Of a stretch of 64,000 nucleotides of DNA, positions 27,891 through 35,370 are shown piece by piece (the stretch's first letter is position 1; each line of letters begins with the position of its first letter). The notes beneath the pieces are model-generated. The model was not told where the DNA came from. It was given only the letters and a program-made list of their open reading frames with translations, and made no database searches. The DNA is taken from positions 29,770 to 93,769 of the forward strand of contig CAZSWR010000003.1 of NCBI GenBank assembly GCA_964610885.1, given 5' to 3'. Source of the stretch: an uncultured Hyphomicrobiales bacterium (GTDB taxonomy: Bacteria > Bacteroidota > Ignavibacteria > Kapaibacteriales > UBA2268). The position numbers and the translations under genes were made by a program.

Positions 27891-30043
27891 TCTACCATAA
27901 ATTTTCCGACGGCCACTGTCCGGCCGCCAACGCTTGCGCGGGCAAAGTACGCACCCTTCGCGAAGGCGCTGCAATCGATGCTGATTTCGGCTGTGGCTGT
28001 GGATTTCTGGAACGCGGCCACGTAACACCGCTCGCCGAGAGATGAGGATACTTCGACAGTACCGCTTCCAACTTCATCGCCACCGATAGTGAGGATTGTT
28101 TGCGCGTGGGCCGGATTCGGCACGGCCACGATCGAATTCATCGGCGGGACGGATCCGTCGCCCTCGGCCGGCGTGAAGTTCCAATCGGGCGCCCATTCGG
28201 CCAGGTCGGAGCGATAGGTCATTGCAAGCAAGTATTTGCCCGACGGAGAAATAATGACTTTGCATATCGGAGTGCCGAACAGGTCATTGTAAACGAACTG
28301 GGTGCGGCCCGACTCGGCGTCCAGGGTTGCTATTTCGCCCATCGAAGATGAATACACAATGTGTTTCCCGTCCGGCGTGTAGTTCAGAGTGAACGGAGCG
28401 ACCCATTTGAGTTTAAAAGTCTTAAGGACGGAACCGTCCGCGGTGGAAAAAATGCGCAGAGTGTCTGTGGAGTCCGCAATGGCAATGCTGCGGCTGTCCG
28501 GCGCGAAGGCGGCCGAGCCATAGCCAATATAGGCATTGTTGAATCCAAGGGCATCAAACACTTTCCCGCCTGTCCGTGTGTTGTATATGCTGTATCCCGC
28601 GTATGGTTCTTTCCAATCGATTAAATAGTTTTTGATGGCGAGGCAAGTATTGCCGTCGGGCGAGAGCTTCACAATCCCGGCGGGGCAATCGAAGGACGCG
28701 CCAACTTCTTTCGTGCGCAGGTCCACCACGAAGGCTTTGCCTGAAGTGTCCTGTACGACTACACTTGTAACGTCTTGATTGGAGCAAGCACGACTCGCAC
28801 CCAATTTAGGAATAGGAATTGAATCCAATAATGCCTCTTCGCCCAAAGTTCGTTTCTCAATCCTGCCTGCGCGGACGTACCACACGCTCTCGAGGGATGG
28901 GTCTAGAGTAAACCGAGGACCTATGAATGGGTATTCATTCAAATTATAAGAATACGAACCGGCATAATTTTCATTTTCAATTTTATTGCCAAAAGAAGAG
29001 GCCCAATAATGCAATGGGCCAACAGAAATTGAAACACCGGCAATTACTTCTTCGTTTTGCGAATATCGCAATGGAAAAGCATAGTAATTATTGAGGGAAT
29101 ATAGTGTGTCCCCATTGAAATTGAAACCAAATAAACTGAAGTCATCAAAGTACAAAAACTTGTCACCCGACCTAAACATCTGGCCATAGAATGGCTTGTT
29201 GTGGCGAGTGAATGGCTTATCAGGTTCCATATAGAATAGAGTATCGCCTGTTTGAAAAATCAGTGCGTTATTCGCCTTGTCGAATAGATATGCACCGCCA
29301 TGGAGAAACAAGCTGTCCTCCCAACGGCACAACTCGGCTCCGTTATCGGAACTGTGCTTAATAAAAAACACACTGTCCGCCGTGAAGAAGCATTTCCCAT
29401 CTTGGGAAAAGCCTCTGAAACTCGAATTGTCGTGGAATCGAGTAAAAAGCGAATCGCCCGTTTTCATGTCGTAGTAAACGTCGAAATACGTATAGGCAAC
29501 TCGCAGGCGTGACCGATCCTTGGATGCTGAAGCGCCCTGCACTTCGTCCCAAGCCTCTTGGGTGGGGAAGCTGAAGGTGGCCAATCGCTCTTTGTTCTCG
29601 AGGTCGTAGCATTTCAGCACGCGCTTATCAAGGCTGTAGAGCGCTTTGATGGGCTTAGAATCGTAGAGGTATTGGCAAAAGGATGAGCCTACCGGGAATG
29701 TGTCGGGGATGGCCAAAGTGCTCATAACATTGCCGTGCTTGTCCTTTTTCTCCACGCTTCGCACTCCATCCATGAAGTATTCGGTGATGAAAGTCGAATC
29801 CGATTCGTCGAACAAAAGGGATAATTGCACAGTGTCGCTTATCAATACGGGAAACCCATTTGCCTTGTTTAGGACAATTGCATGGGATGCATTATTATGA
29901 AAAACGAAGCAATTGTATTGAATTGAGTTCTGAAAACTATCATCATTATTGAAGAAGTTAATGAACTTCAGGTATGGGTTTGTCTTGGCAAAGCAAGTAG
30001 CCGAAATAGCGAGCAGAATCAAAGGGAGGAATGTTTTTTTCAT
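27887..30043 (-). CDS. secreted WD40/beta-propeller protein with a T9SS C-terminal domain
   Basis: Signal peptide MKKTFLPLILLAISATCFA from ATG 30043 (the track starts at TTG 30055). Propeller-like repeats (SPDGNTCLA, APDSRSIAIA, TPDGKHIVYSS, SPSGKYLLA). CTD-like end (VPNPAHAQTILTI...GAYFARASVGGRTVAVGKFMVE). Confidence 0.8.
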   Translation of the reverse strand: MKKTFLPLILLAISATCFAKTNPYLKFINFFNNDDSFQNSIQYNCFVFHNNASHAIVLNKANGFPVLISDTVQLSLLFDESDSTFITEYFMDGVRSVEKKDKHGNVMSTLAIPDTFPVGSSFCQYLYDSKPIKALYSLDKRVLKCYDLENKERLATFSFPTQEAWDEVQGASASKDRSRLRVAYTYFDVYYDMKTGDSLFTRFHDNSSFRGFSQDGKCFFTADSVFFIKHSSDNGAELCRWEDSLFLHGGAYLFDKANNALIFQTGDTLFYMEPDKPFTRHNKPFYGQMFRSGDKFLYFDDFSLFGFNFNGDTLYSLNNYYAFPLRYSQNEEVIAGVSISVGPLHYWASSFGNKIENENYAGSYSYNLNEYPFIGPRFTLDPSLESVWYVRAGRIEKRTLGEEALLDSIPIPKLGASRACSNQDVTSVVVQDTSGKAFVVDLRTKEVGASFDCPAGIVKLSPDGNTCLAIKNYLIDWKEPYAGYSIYNTRTGGKVFDALGFNNAYIGYGSAAFAPDSRSIAIADSTDTLRIFSTADGSVLKTFKLKWVAPFTLNYTPDGKHIVYSSSMGEIATLDAESGRTQFVYNDLFGTPICKVIISPSGKYLLAMTYRSDLAEWAPDWNFTPAEGDGSVPPMNSIVAVPNPAHAQTILTIGGDEVGSGTVEVSSSLGERCYVAAFQKSTATAEISIDCSAFAKGAYFARASVGGRTVAVGKFMVE

Positions 30044-30062
30044 AATAACTTCCAATCTAAAC

Positions 30063-30091
30063 GGGGCTGTTGGAATTACTCCAACAACCCC
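30063..30091 (-). terminator. stem-loop between the decayed cargo gene and the next gene
   Basis: GGGGCTGTTGGA / TCCAACAACCCC (11 of 12 pairs, 5-nt loop) with a weak U-tract on the minus strand. Confidence 0.4.
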
Positions 30092-30099
30092 ATTGATAA

Positions 30100-31002
30100 T
30101 TATTTAACAACAGTGAAAGAACCTGTTAGGAATGAATAGTTCGGAGATACTCCCAATCTAATTCTATAAGTATAGACTCCATTGGGTAATTCAGAGATAT
30201 TCGCGTTTTAAGTACTGTTTAATGAAGAAATGCTGAAAGAATTTGAAATTAAAAGCACATTATATGTATTGTAAATTTCTAGAACACACGTACCTTCGTA
30301 CGATGAAAAGATGTTGAAATTAATTGTTTCTGATGCTGGATTTGGTGAGATACGAACAGTATTTGCATTAAGAGTTGTTGAATCCTGAGGGATAGGATTC
30401 GGATTATTTCCACCACTAGCGGCCTCCATTGCCGAAAGTGTTGTGACTTCTCTTGTTAAAGTTCCGGCGTTATAAATAATTCCACCTGTTGTTGGTGAGA
30501 TAATATCATGATAATGGGGTGGTTCATTAAAGTCTATGGTCATAGGATTATCTGTTGTGCCATTGCCAACGTACATTGGTGCTTCAGAATCGGCCACTGG
30601 GCCACAGGCCATATCAAGGCATTGTTCCTGACAGGGCCTGTTATCACTTGAAATAGCAATATCATCTTGTAAAGTAAATGCACTTCTACTTTTGTTTAAT
30701 TGTTTTCTAACTTTAATTCTGTGTTTACAACATTTTAGCCAACAACTCTGTATATTTGATGTTATCATTCCATCGCTGACATCGTTGTATCTTTCGGTAA
30801 TCGTATTGTTATCATTATCCAACCTTTGATAAAAATAATATGTCAGTCTCAAATCATTTGAAGAATTGTATCCGACACAGCTAGGTGTAGCAATTTCATA
30901 ACTATAAGTAGCACCAATATTCCAAGGATAACGAATAAAAGAATATGCTGACAAAGTAAGCAAATCAACAGCCCTTCTAATATTAAATCTAATCGAAGAC
31001 AT
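30100..31002 (-). pseudogene. decayed T9SS cargo gene whose CTD is split by an in-frame TAA and which has no signal peptide
   Basis: The ORF ends ...ISPNPASETINFNIF...VLEIYNTYNVLLISNSFSISSLNST then TAA (30208-30210). The same frame continues NANISELPNGVYTYRIRLGVSPNYSFLTGSFTVVK to TAA at 30100-30102, which is the missing second half of a T9SS CTD. AT-rich. Confidence 0.7.
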
Positions 31003-31088
31003 ATCTTGAAGAAATCTCTGTGCACAAATATCGCAATTAGATTTTGTGCCATGTGATCCGTTCTGATTTAGATAATATAGATCAAATT

Positions 31089-31493
31089 CTAAAAATTAAC
31101 TTCAATAACAACTTCATTCGCATGTTTCCTTTCTCTAATCCACAATTTTGCAAGGACAACACAATTGTTATCTATTTCATTACCTGAATAAGAACCATCT
31201 GATGTAGTTGGATTTACAGCATGATATTGAAAACCAATAGGATGCCACGGGCCGTAACGACAGTTAGTATCCTCGACAAAACAATTTGGACCTACTACAA
31301 TATAGTCTTCGATATAAGGTCTCATTCTTTCATTATCTAGAACTTCCTCAACATAATCAAATGTCCCTGGGAATAACCCTGTAGGCGGGAATGTTACTAC
31401 TTGAGCTTCTGCAACTACGTTTGCAGCGAAGAGAACGAAAAGCACTGCGAGTGCGGATTTGATAGTCATTTTCATGTAATTTTCTTTTTTCAT
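31089..31493 (-). CDS. small secreted hypothetical protein
   Basis: Signal peptide ...MKMTIKSALAVLFVLFAANVVAEA|Q. Possible starts are at 31493, 31475 or 31469. AT-rich. Confidence 0.5.
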   Translation of the reverse strand: MKKENYMKMTIKSALAVLFVLFAANVVAEAQVVTFPPTGLFPGTFDYVEEVLDNERMRPYIEDYIVVGPNCFVEDTNCRYGPWHPIGFQYHAVNPTTSDGSYSGNEIDNNCVVLAKLWIRERKHANEVVIEVNF

Positions 31494-32220
31494 TTGTGTT
31501 ACAAAAATAAATAATTTTTTCACACAAGCATTGACTATATTTGCAATGCCTGCAAGGGCGAACAAGTGCGGCAGAAATGCCGTGCGAAGGGGTATCCGAA
31601 ACAAAAGTCTTCGAAAACTATTCGGATACTCTTTTTTATATTCATGTCATAGCAATTTCCTTTCTATTCCTTTCGTAAAATCATTTTATACAAATCTACA
31701 AAACAATCCCGAATAAAACAAATAGAAAAATTATATCAACTATTATATTTATCATATACTTATGAATACAGCAAACGGCGGCGGTGGCCAGTTTTGGTTC
31801 GTGGCTTCGGGGGTCAGGCTCTCGCTTCTGGATAAGCCCATCGGCAAAACACTTTTTCGTGAATTGCATTCATTGATATTAGTACAACAATCGAGATTGC
31901 ATTTTGATTCATCTTTTTGAAAATATTTTTTTCGTCGTTTATTATCAACGACTTACGCCTGCGGGAAATTACCCAATAAGCTACTAATTTGAGGTAGTAT
32001 TAATATTTATATGGTTCAATTGCGGATTGAATAGGTTGGGTCAGATTCCAAACCCGACCAAAGGGGATATAATAGAGTTATCTATTGAAAAAGTTGATTC
32101 TGATCGGTTGCACTTCGAGTTTCATAAGACATGTAATATATTGACACAAGAGGAGATTCCTCATTCGCGTGAACGACAGAAACACCCGAATTCAAATAGT
32201 AAATGATACTATTGAAACAT

Positions 32221-33249
32221 TTATCTTTCGTATTCCCCGTTGTAGAATCGGAGGAATTCTGTGATGTTTCTTTCGCTGCCCACGAAAAATGGGGTCTTCT
32301 GGTGAATTGAATCGGGCTTGATTTCGAGAATTCTCTGCTTGCCGGTCGTGGCCCTGCCTCCGGCCTGCTCGATGATGAACGAAAGGGGATTCGCTTCGTA
32401 AATAAGCCGAATTTTTCCGTCAGGTTGCGCTTCGTCCGCCGGATAGAGATATATTCCACCGTAATGGAGAATACGGTGCACGTCGCCAACGGCTGTTGCG
32501 ATATATCGCATATAATACGGCCTGGTTTTGTCCTCCGAAGGTGTTTTGATCCAATTAAGGTAGTTGCGGACTCGTTCGCTCCAGTTGAGTACGTTGCCTT
32601 CGTTGCACGAATAATGATTTCCCCAGATGGGCATGATAAGGTTCTTTTTGGTAAGAAGAAATTCGCCGATTGTGGGGTCGAAAGTGAAAACGTTGACGCC
32701 GTTCCCCGTGGTGTAAGCAAAAAGGGTGCTGCTGCCATAGAGGGCGTATCCGGCGGCCAACTGTTTGTATCCGGGCTGTAGCACGTCTTCGCGGGTGCCG
32801 TCGTTGTTAGCCGACGGATCCAGCCGTTCGTAGATCGAGAAAATGCTGCCGATGGTGATGTTCACGTCGATATTCGTGGAGCCGTCCACCGGGTCGAATA
32901 GCAGGACATATTTCCCGAGTGTGTATTTTTTGGGTATGCGAATTATATCGGTGCTCTCCTCGGAGGCCATAGCGCAGAAGTGCCCGCCATAGCTCATGGT
33001 TCGGATAATGGCTTCGTTGGCGTATTCGTCCAGCCGGCGCAGTCTGTCCCCCGAATAGTTAAAGCTGTCGGTCATGCCGAGTATGTCGTTCAGTCCGGCT
33101 CGGCGCACTTCCTTTGCTATCAAACGGATTGCGAAGGCCAGGTCTGCCAGGATGAGTGTGAATTCGCCTGTTGCCTCGGGGTGCACGGCTTGCTCTTCGG
33201 CCAGGTGGCGGCCGATCGTTACCAATTGCGATATATTATTCAATGCCAT
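32221..33249 (-). CDS. fbp: class 1 fructose-1,6-bisphosphatase
   Basis: 342 aa with LFDPVDGSTNID metal site, GSSTLFAY and GGIYLYPAD. Confidence 0.93.
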   Translation of the reverse strand: MALNNISQLVTIGRHLAEEQAVHPEATGEFTLILADLAFAIRLIAKEVRRAGLNDILGMTDSFNYSGDRLRRLDEYANEAIIRTMSYGGHFCAMASEESTDIIRIPKKYTLGKYVLLFDPVDGSTNIDVNITIGSIFSIYERLDPSANNDGTREDVLQPGYKQLAAGYALYGSSTLFAYTTGNGVNVFTFDPTIGEFLLTKKNLIMPIWGNHYSCNEGNVLNWSERVRNYLNWIKTPSEDKTRPYYMRYIATAVGDVHRILHYGGIYLYPADEAQPDGKIRLIYEANPLSFIIEQAGGRATTGKQRILEIKPDSIHQKTPFFVGSERNITEFLRFYNGEYER

Positions 33250-33268
33250 AAGTCACCATTTTAATATA

Positions 33269-33302
33269 AATGCCGCCGAAAAGGTGCAAAATCGGCGGCA
33301 TT
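33269..33302 (-). terminator. strong hairpin between the Mor-like gene and fbp; either a terminator or a leader structure
   Basis: AATGCCGCCGA / TCGGCGGCATT stem with a 12-nt loop and T-rich runs on both strands. It sits only about 20 nt upstream of the fbp ATG. Confidence 0.5.
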
Positions 33303-33328
33303 ATTTTCTTCCATCGAATTATTGTATG

Positions 33329-33598
33329 TCAATAAATCTTTCTTTCTCGCTTTATGCGTCTCAAATACTGTGCCGAAACATTCAGATTGGCCGCAATTTG
33401 ACTGACGGATGTGTCCCGATTTTCGCGCAGGTAGCGTTCCACAAATTTGTCGAATCGGGAAATCCGCGGGAAATAAATGCTTACGCCCGCAAATTCGCGT
33501 AGCAGCCCGCGGACCACCTCCATGCCGAGCGCGTCGGCCACCATACGCAGGTCCTCCGTCAGCTCGTCCGGCCTCAAGGCCTCGAATACATTTTTCAT
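33329..33598 (-). CDS. Mor-like (phage Mu middle-operon-regulator family) small transcriptional activator
   Basis: 89 aa. The layout matches short Mor-family proteins: L..DLRMVADALGMEVVRGLLREFAGVSIYFPRIS followed by a C-terminal HTH (SVSQIAANLNVSAQYLRRIKRE). ATGA overlap with the upstream ORF. Confidence 0.6.
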   Translation of the reverse strand: MKNVFEALRPDELTEDLRMVADALGMEVVRGLLREFAGVSIYFPRISRFDKFVERYLRENRDTSVSQIAANLNVSAQYLRRIKRERKIY

Positions 33599-33906
33599 CG
33601 CCCAGCGCCCTCCTCTGCGAAGTCAGGCATACAATACGGCTCGAGGGCCGACCAATTCCTTTCGGAAAACTCTCCGACTATGAACGCCAAGTCCGCGTGG
33701 TCATCCTCGGAAATAATGCTCTGAGCGGCGCCGAGCGCCAGCACACAATCGACAGCCCTCACGAGCGAATCGACATCCGCGATCGCCTCGACAGCCGATT
33801 GCAATGCCTCCTGGCACCTGCCAATGGCCAACGCCCGCCTCCGGGCCAATTGCGACTGCTCCGCAAGGCCTCCGGCCCCAATCCGATTCCTAATATTAAC
33901 TGACAT
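33595..33906 (-). CDS. hypothetical acidic 103-aa protein, first gene of the leftward operon
   Basis: Its ATG at 33906 is the first start codon downstream of the leftward promoter, and its stop overlaps the next ATG (ATGA). No recognisable domain. A 164-aa ORF on the opposite strand overlaps it. Confidence 0.5.
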   Translation of the reverse strand: MSVNIRNRIGAGGLAEQSQLARRRALAIGRCQEALQSAVEAIADVDSLVRAVDCVLALGAAQSIISEDDHADLAFIVGEFSERNWSALEPYCMPDFAEEGAGR

Positions 33907-33942
33907 TTTGCAAATTCCCTTATTTGTTCGAAAAAAAGTTAC

Positions 33943-33971
33943 TTGACAAAAAGCTGAACATTTGTTATATT
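33943..33971 (+). promoter_or_regulatory. sigma70-type promoter P(right): TTGACA-N17-TATATT
   Basis: TTGACA at 33943-33948, a 17-nt spacer, then TATATT at 33966-33971. It points toward the HTH/S24 genes. Confidence 0.6.
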
Positions 33972-33978
33972 GGAAATG

Positions 33979-34054
33979 GTAAATATTACAATATTGAAAA
34001 GTAATATTTACTCTAATATAAGTAAATAATACGACAATGTCAAGTAATATTTAC
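33979..34054. promoter_or_regulatory. array of four 11-bp GTAA-N3-TTAC palindromic operator-like sites
   Basis: GTAAATATTAC at 33979-33989, GTAATATTTAC at 34001-34011, GTAAATAATAC at 34022-34032 and GTAATATTTAC at 34044-34054. Centre-to-centre spacing is 22, 21 and 22 bp. Confidence 0.65.
34015..34043 (-). promoter_or_regulatory. sigma70-type promoter P(left): TTGACA-N17-TATATT on the minus strand
   Basis: The minus strand reads GTAAATATTAC-TTGACA-ttgtcgtattatttact-TATATT-aga-GTAAATATTAC. The -35 is at 34043-34038 and the -10 at 34020-34015. Confidence 0.6.
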
Positions 34055-34127
34055 GAATATCGAAAATATATTTTTTGATGTATGGCTGGCTTTTGGGAAG
34101 GCACCAAACTCAAACTATACCGGCACA

Positions 34128-34550
34128 ATGTTACTAACACGAAGGGAATTCCAAATGGAAGAAATCAACAAGGCCATCGGCAAGCGATTGCAGGATGTGC
34201 GCAGGATCTACAACAACGGCTACCGTTGCTCTGCCGAACAGTTGGCCGCCGAGATTGGCGAATCCGTGGCAAATATTCGGAACTACGAATGCGGAAAGGC
34301 CGGCATTCCCAATCGTGTATTGTTGGCTCTGTACCACAAAGGAATTAATCCGATATACTTGCTTTCTGGCGAGGGTGAAGTCCACGCGCCAAACGCTGCC
34401 GGCGCTGCGCTCGGGTCGAGGACAATTGAGAACAAATTGAACAATGCGCAGTCTGTCTATCGGATCGAATCGCCCGCTCGGCCCGAAGGTATCGGGACGG
34501 CGGCTGCCGGTTCCATCGAGGATGAAATCAAGAGCAAGGGCAGAAAATGA
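34128..34550 (+). CDS. XRE-family helix-turn-helix regulator (stand-alone HTH with a long tail)
   Basis: HTH region: IGKRLQDVRRIYNNGYRCSAEQLAAEIGESVANIRNYECGKAGIP. The tail contains Ala-Gly dipeptides (NAAGAAL, TAAAGS). An alternative ATG lies at 34155. The stop overlaps the next ATG (ATGA). Confidence 0.8.
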   Translation: MLLTRREFQMEEINKAIGKRLQDVRRIYNNGYRCSAEQLAAEIGESVANIRNYECGKAGIPNRVLLALYHKGINPIYLLSGEGEVHAPNAAGAALGSRTIENKLNNAQSVYRIESPARPEGIGTAAAGSIEDEIKSKGRK

Positions 34551-35140
34551 ACTATTACGAAATGACGGACACAGAGCTGCGGAGGAAAATCAAGCGTTAC
34601 TACATGGACGAGCACTACGGGCTGCGGGACCGCGCCTCGGCGCTCGCCGAATTATTGTCCGAGAGTTCGCGGCGGCTCGAAAGGTCGTATTCGGGAACCA
34701 TTTCGATTTTCGATAGCGCAATTAACGACGCCGTGAAGGAAATCGGCGGACTGGACGCCGCTGCGTTTTCTCGCCGAGCATCCGCGAGGCCGGGCAATAC
34801 GGGCGCTCCTGGCATTGCGGCCGTCGAGCACCATGGCCCGGTACCGAAGGATTACGTGGTCTATCGCATAAGTGGCGATTCGATGATCGGCGCGGGAATT
34901 TCGGACGGGGACAGCGTCGTAGTCGAGCTTGCCAGCCCCGAGCTTTCTATCAATAGCTTTGACGGGAAAATTGTGGTCGCCGAGGTGTGCGGAGTGTCGT
35001 TCGTCAAAAGGCTCTGCTCCTGCGGCAATTCTTCGTTGCTACTGAAGTCCGAGAACCCGAAATATCCACCGTACGAGTTGAAAACATCCGATTCGCTGAA
35101 ACTGATCGGCGAAGTGAAGCAGATTATTCATAATATTTAA
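34547..35140 (+). CDS. S24 (LexA/UmuD/cI-type) peptidase-domain protein lacking an HTH, with an unknown ~95-aa N-domain
   Basis: 197 aa with the catalytic-type Ser in YRISGDS112MIGAGI and Lys in SFVK154RL, plus an S24 beta-core (GDSVVVEL, GKIVVAEV, LLLKSENPKY). Confidence 0.75.
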   Translation: MNYYEMTDTELRRKIKRYYMDEHYGLRDRASALAELLSESSRRLERSYSGTISIFDSAINDAVKEIGGLDAAAFSRRASARPGNTGAPGIAAVEHHGPVPKDYVVYRISGDSMIGAGISDGDSVVVELASPELSINSFDGKIVVAEVCGVSFVKRLCSCGNSSLLLKSENPKYPPYELKTSDSLKLIGEVKQIIHNI

Positions 35141-35370
35141 ATTCATACTTCTTGTCCGATTTGCATCCTTAAAATAAAATAATCTAAGAGTAATCCGTTA
35201 TTAGTGTGGATTCTGGGCGCACTTGGAGCGAAATGAATCAGGGCGCGAAGTGTAAATTTATCATTAAATTTATTTAATACTTTGCACTTACGGCAGCCCG
35301 CATTTTTTTGGCGCACGGATATTTCTTAATTTTGTAACGATTGATTAGTAACATACAGGAAAAATGATTT

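Noticed and set aside
32082-32738. A 218-aa minus-strand ORF overlapping the fbp 3' half in another frame.
   Set aside because: It overlaps a confidently identified FBPase in an alternative frame and has a low-complexity Ser/Thr/Arg-rich composition.
34547-35140. The S24 protein as a conventional UmuD partner of the umuC-like gene.
   Set aside because: It lies 14.5 kb away on a different transcription unit. It is coupled to an HTH gene and carries a ~95-aa N-domain unlike UmuD. The idea is retained only as a low-probability alternative in the findings.
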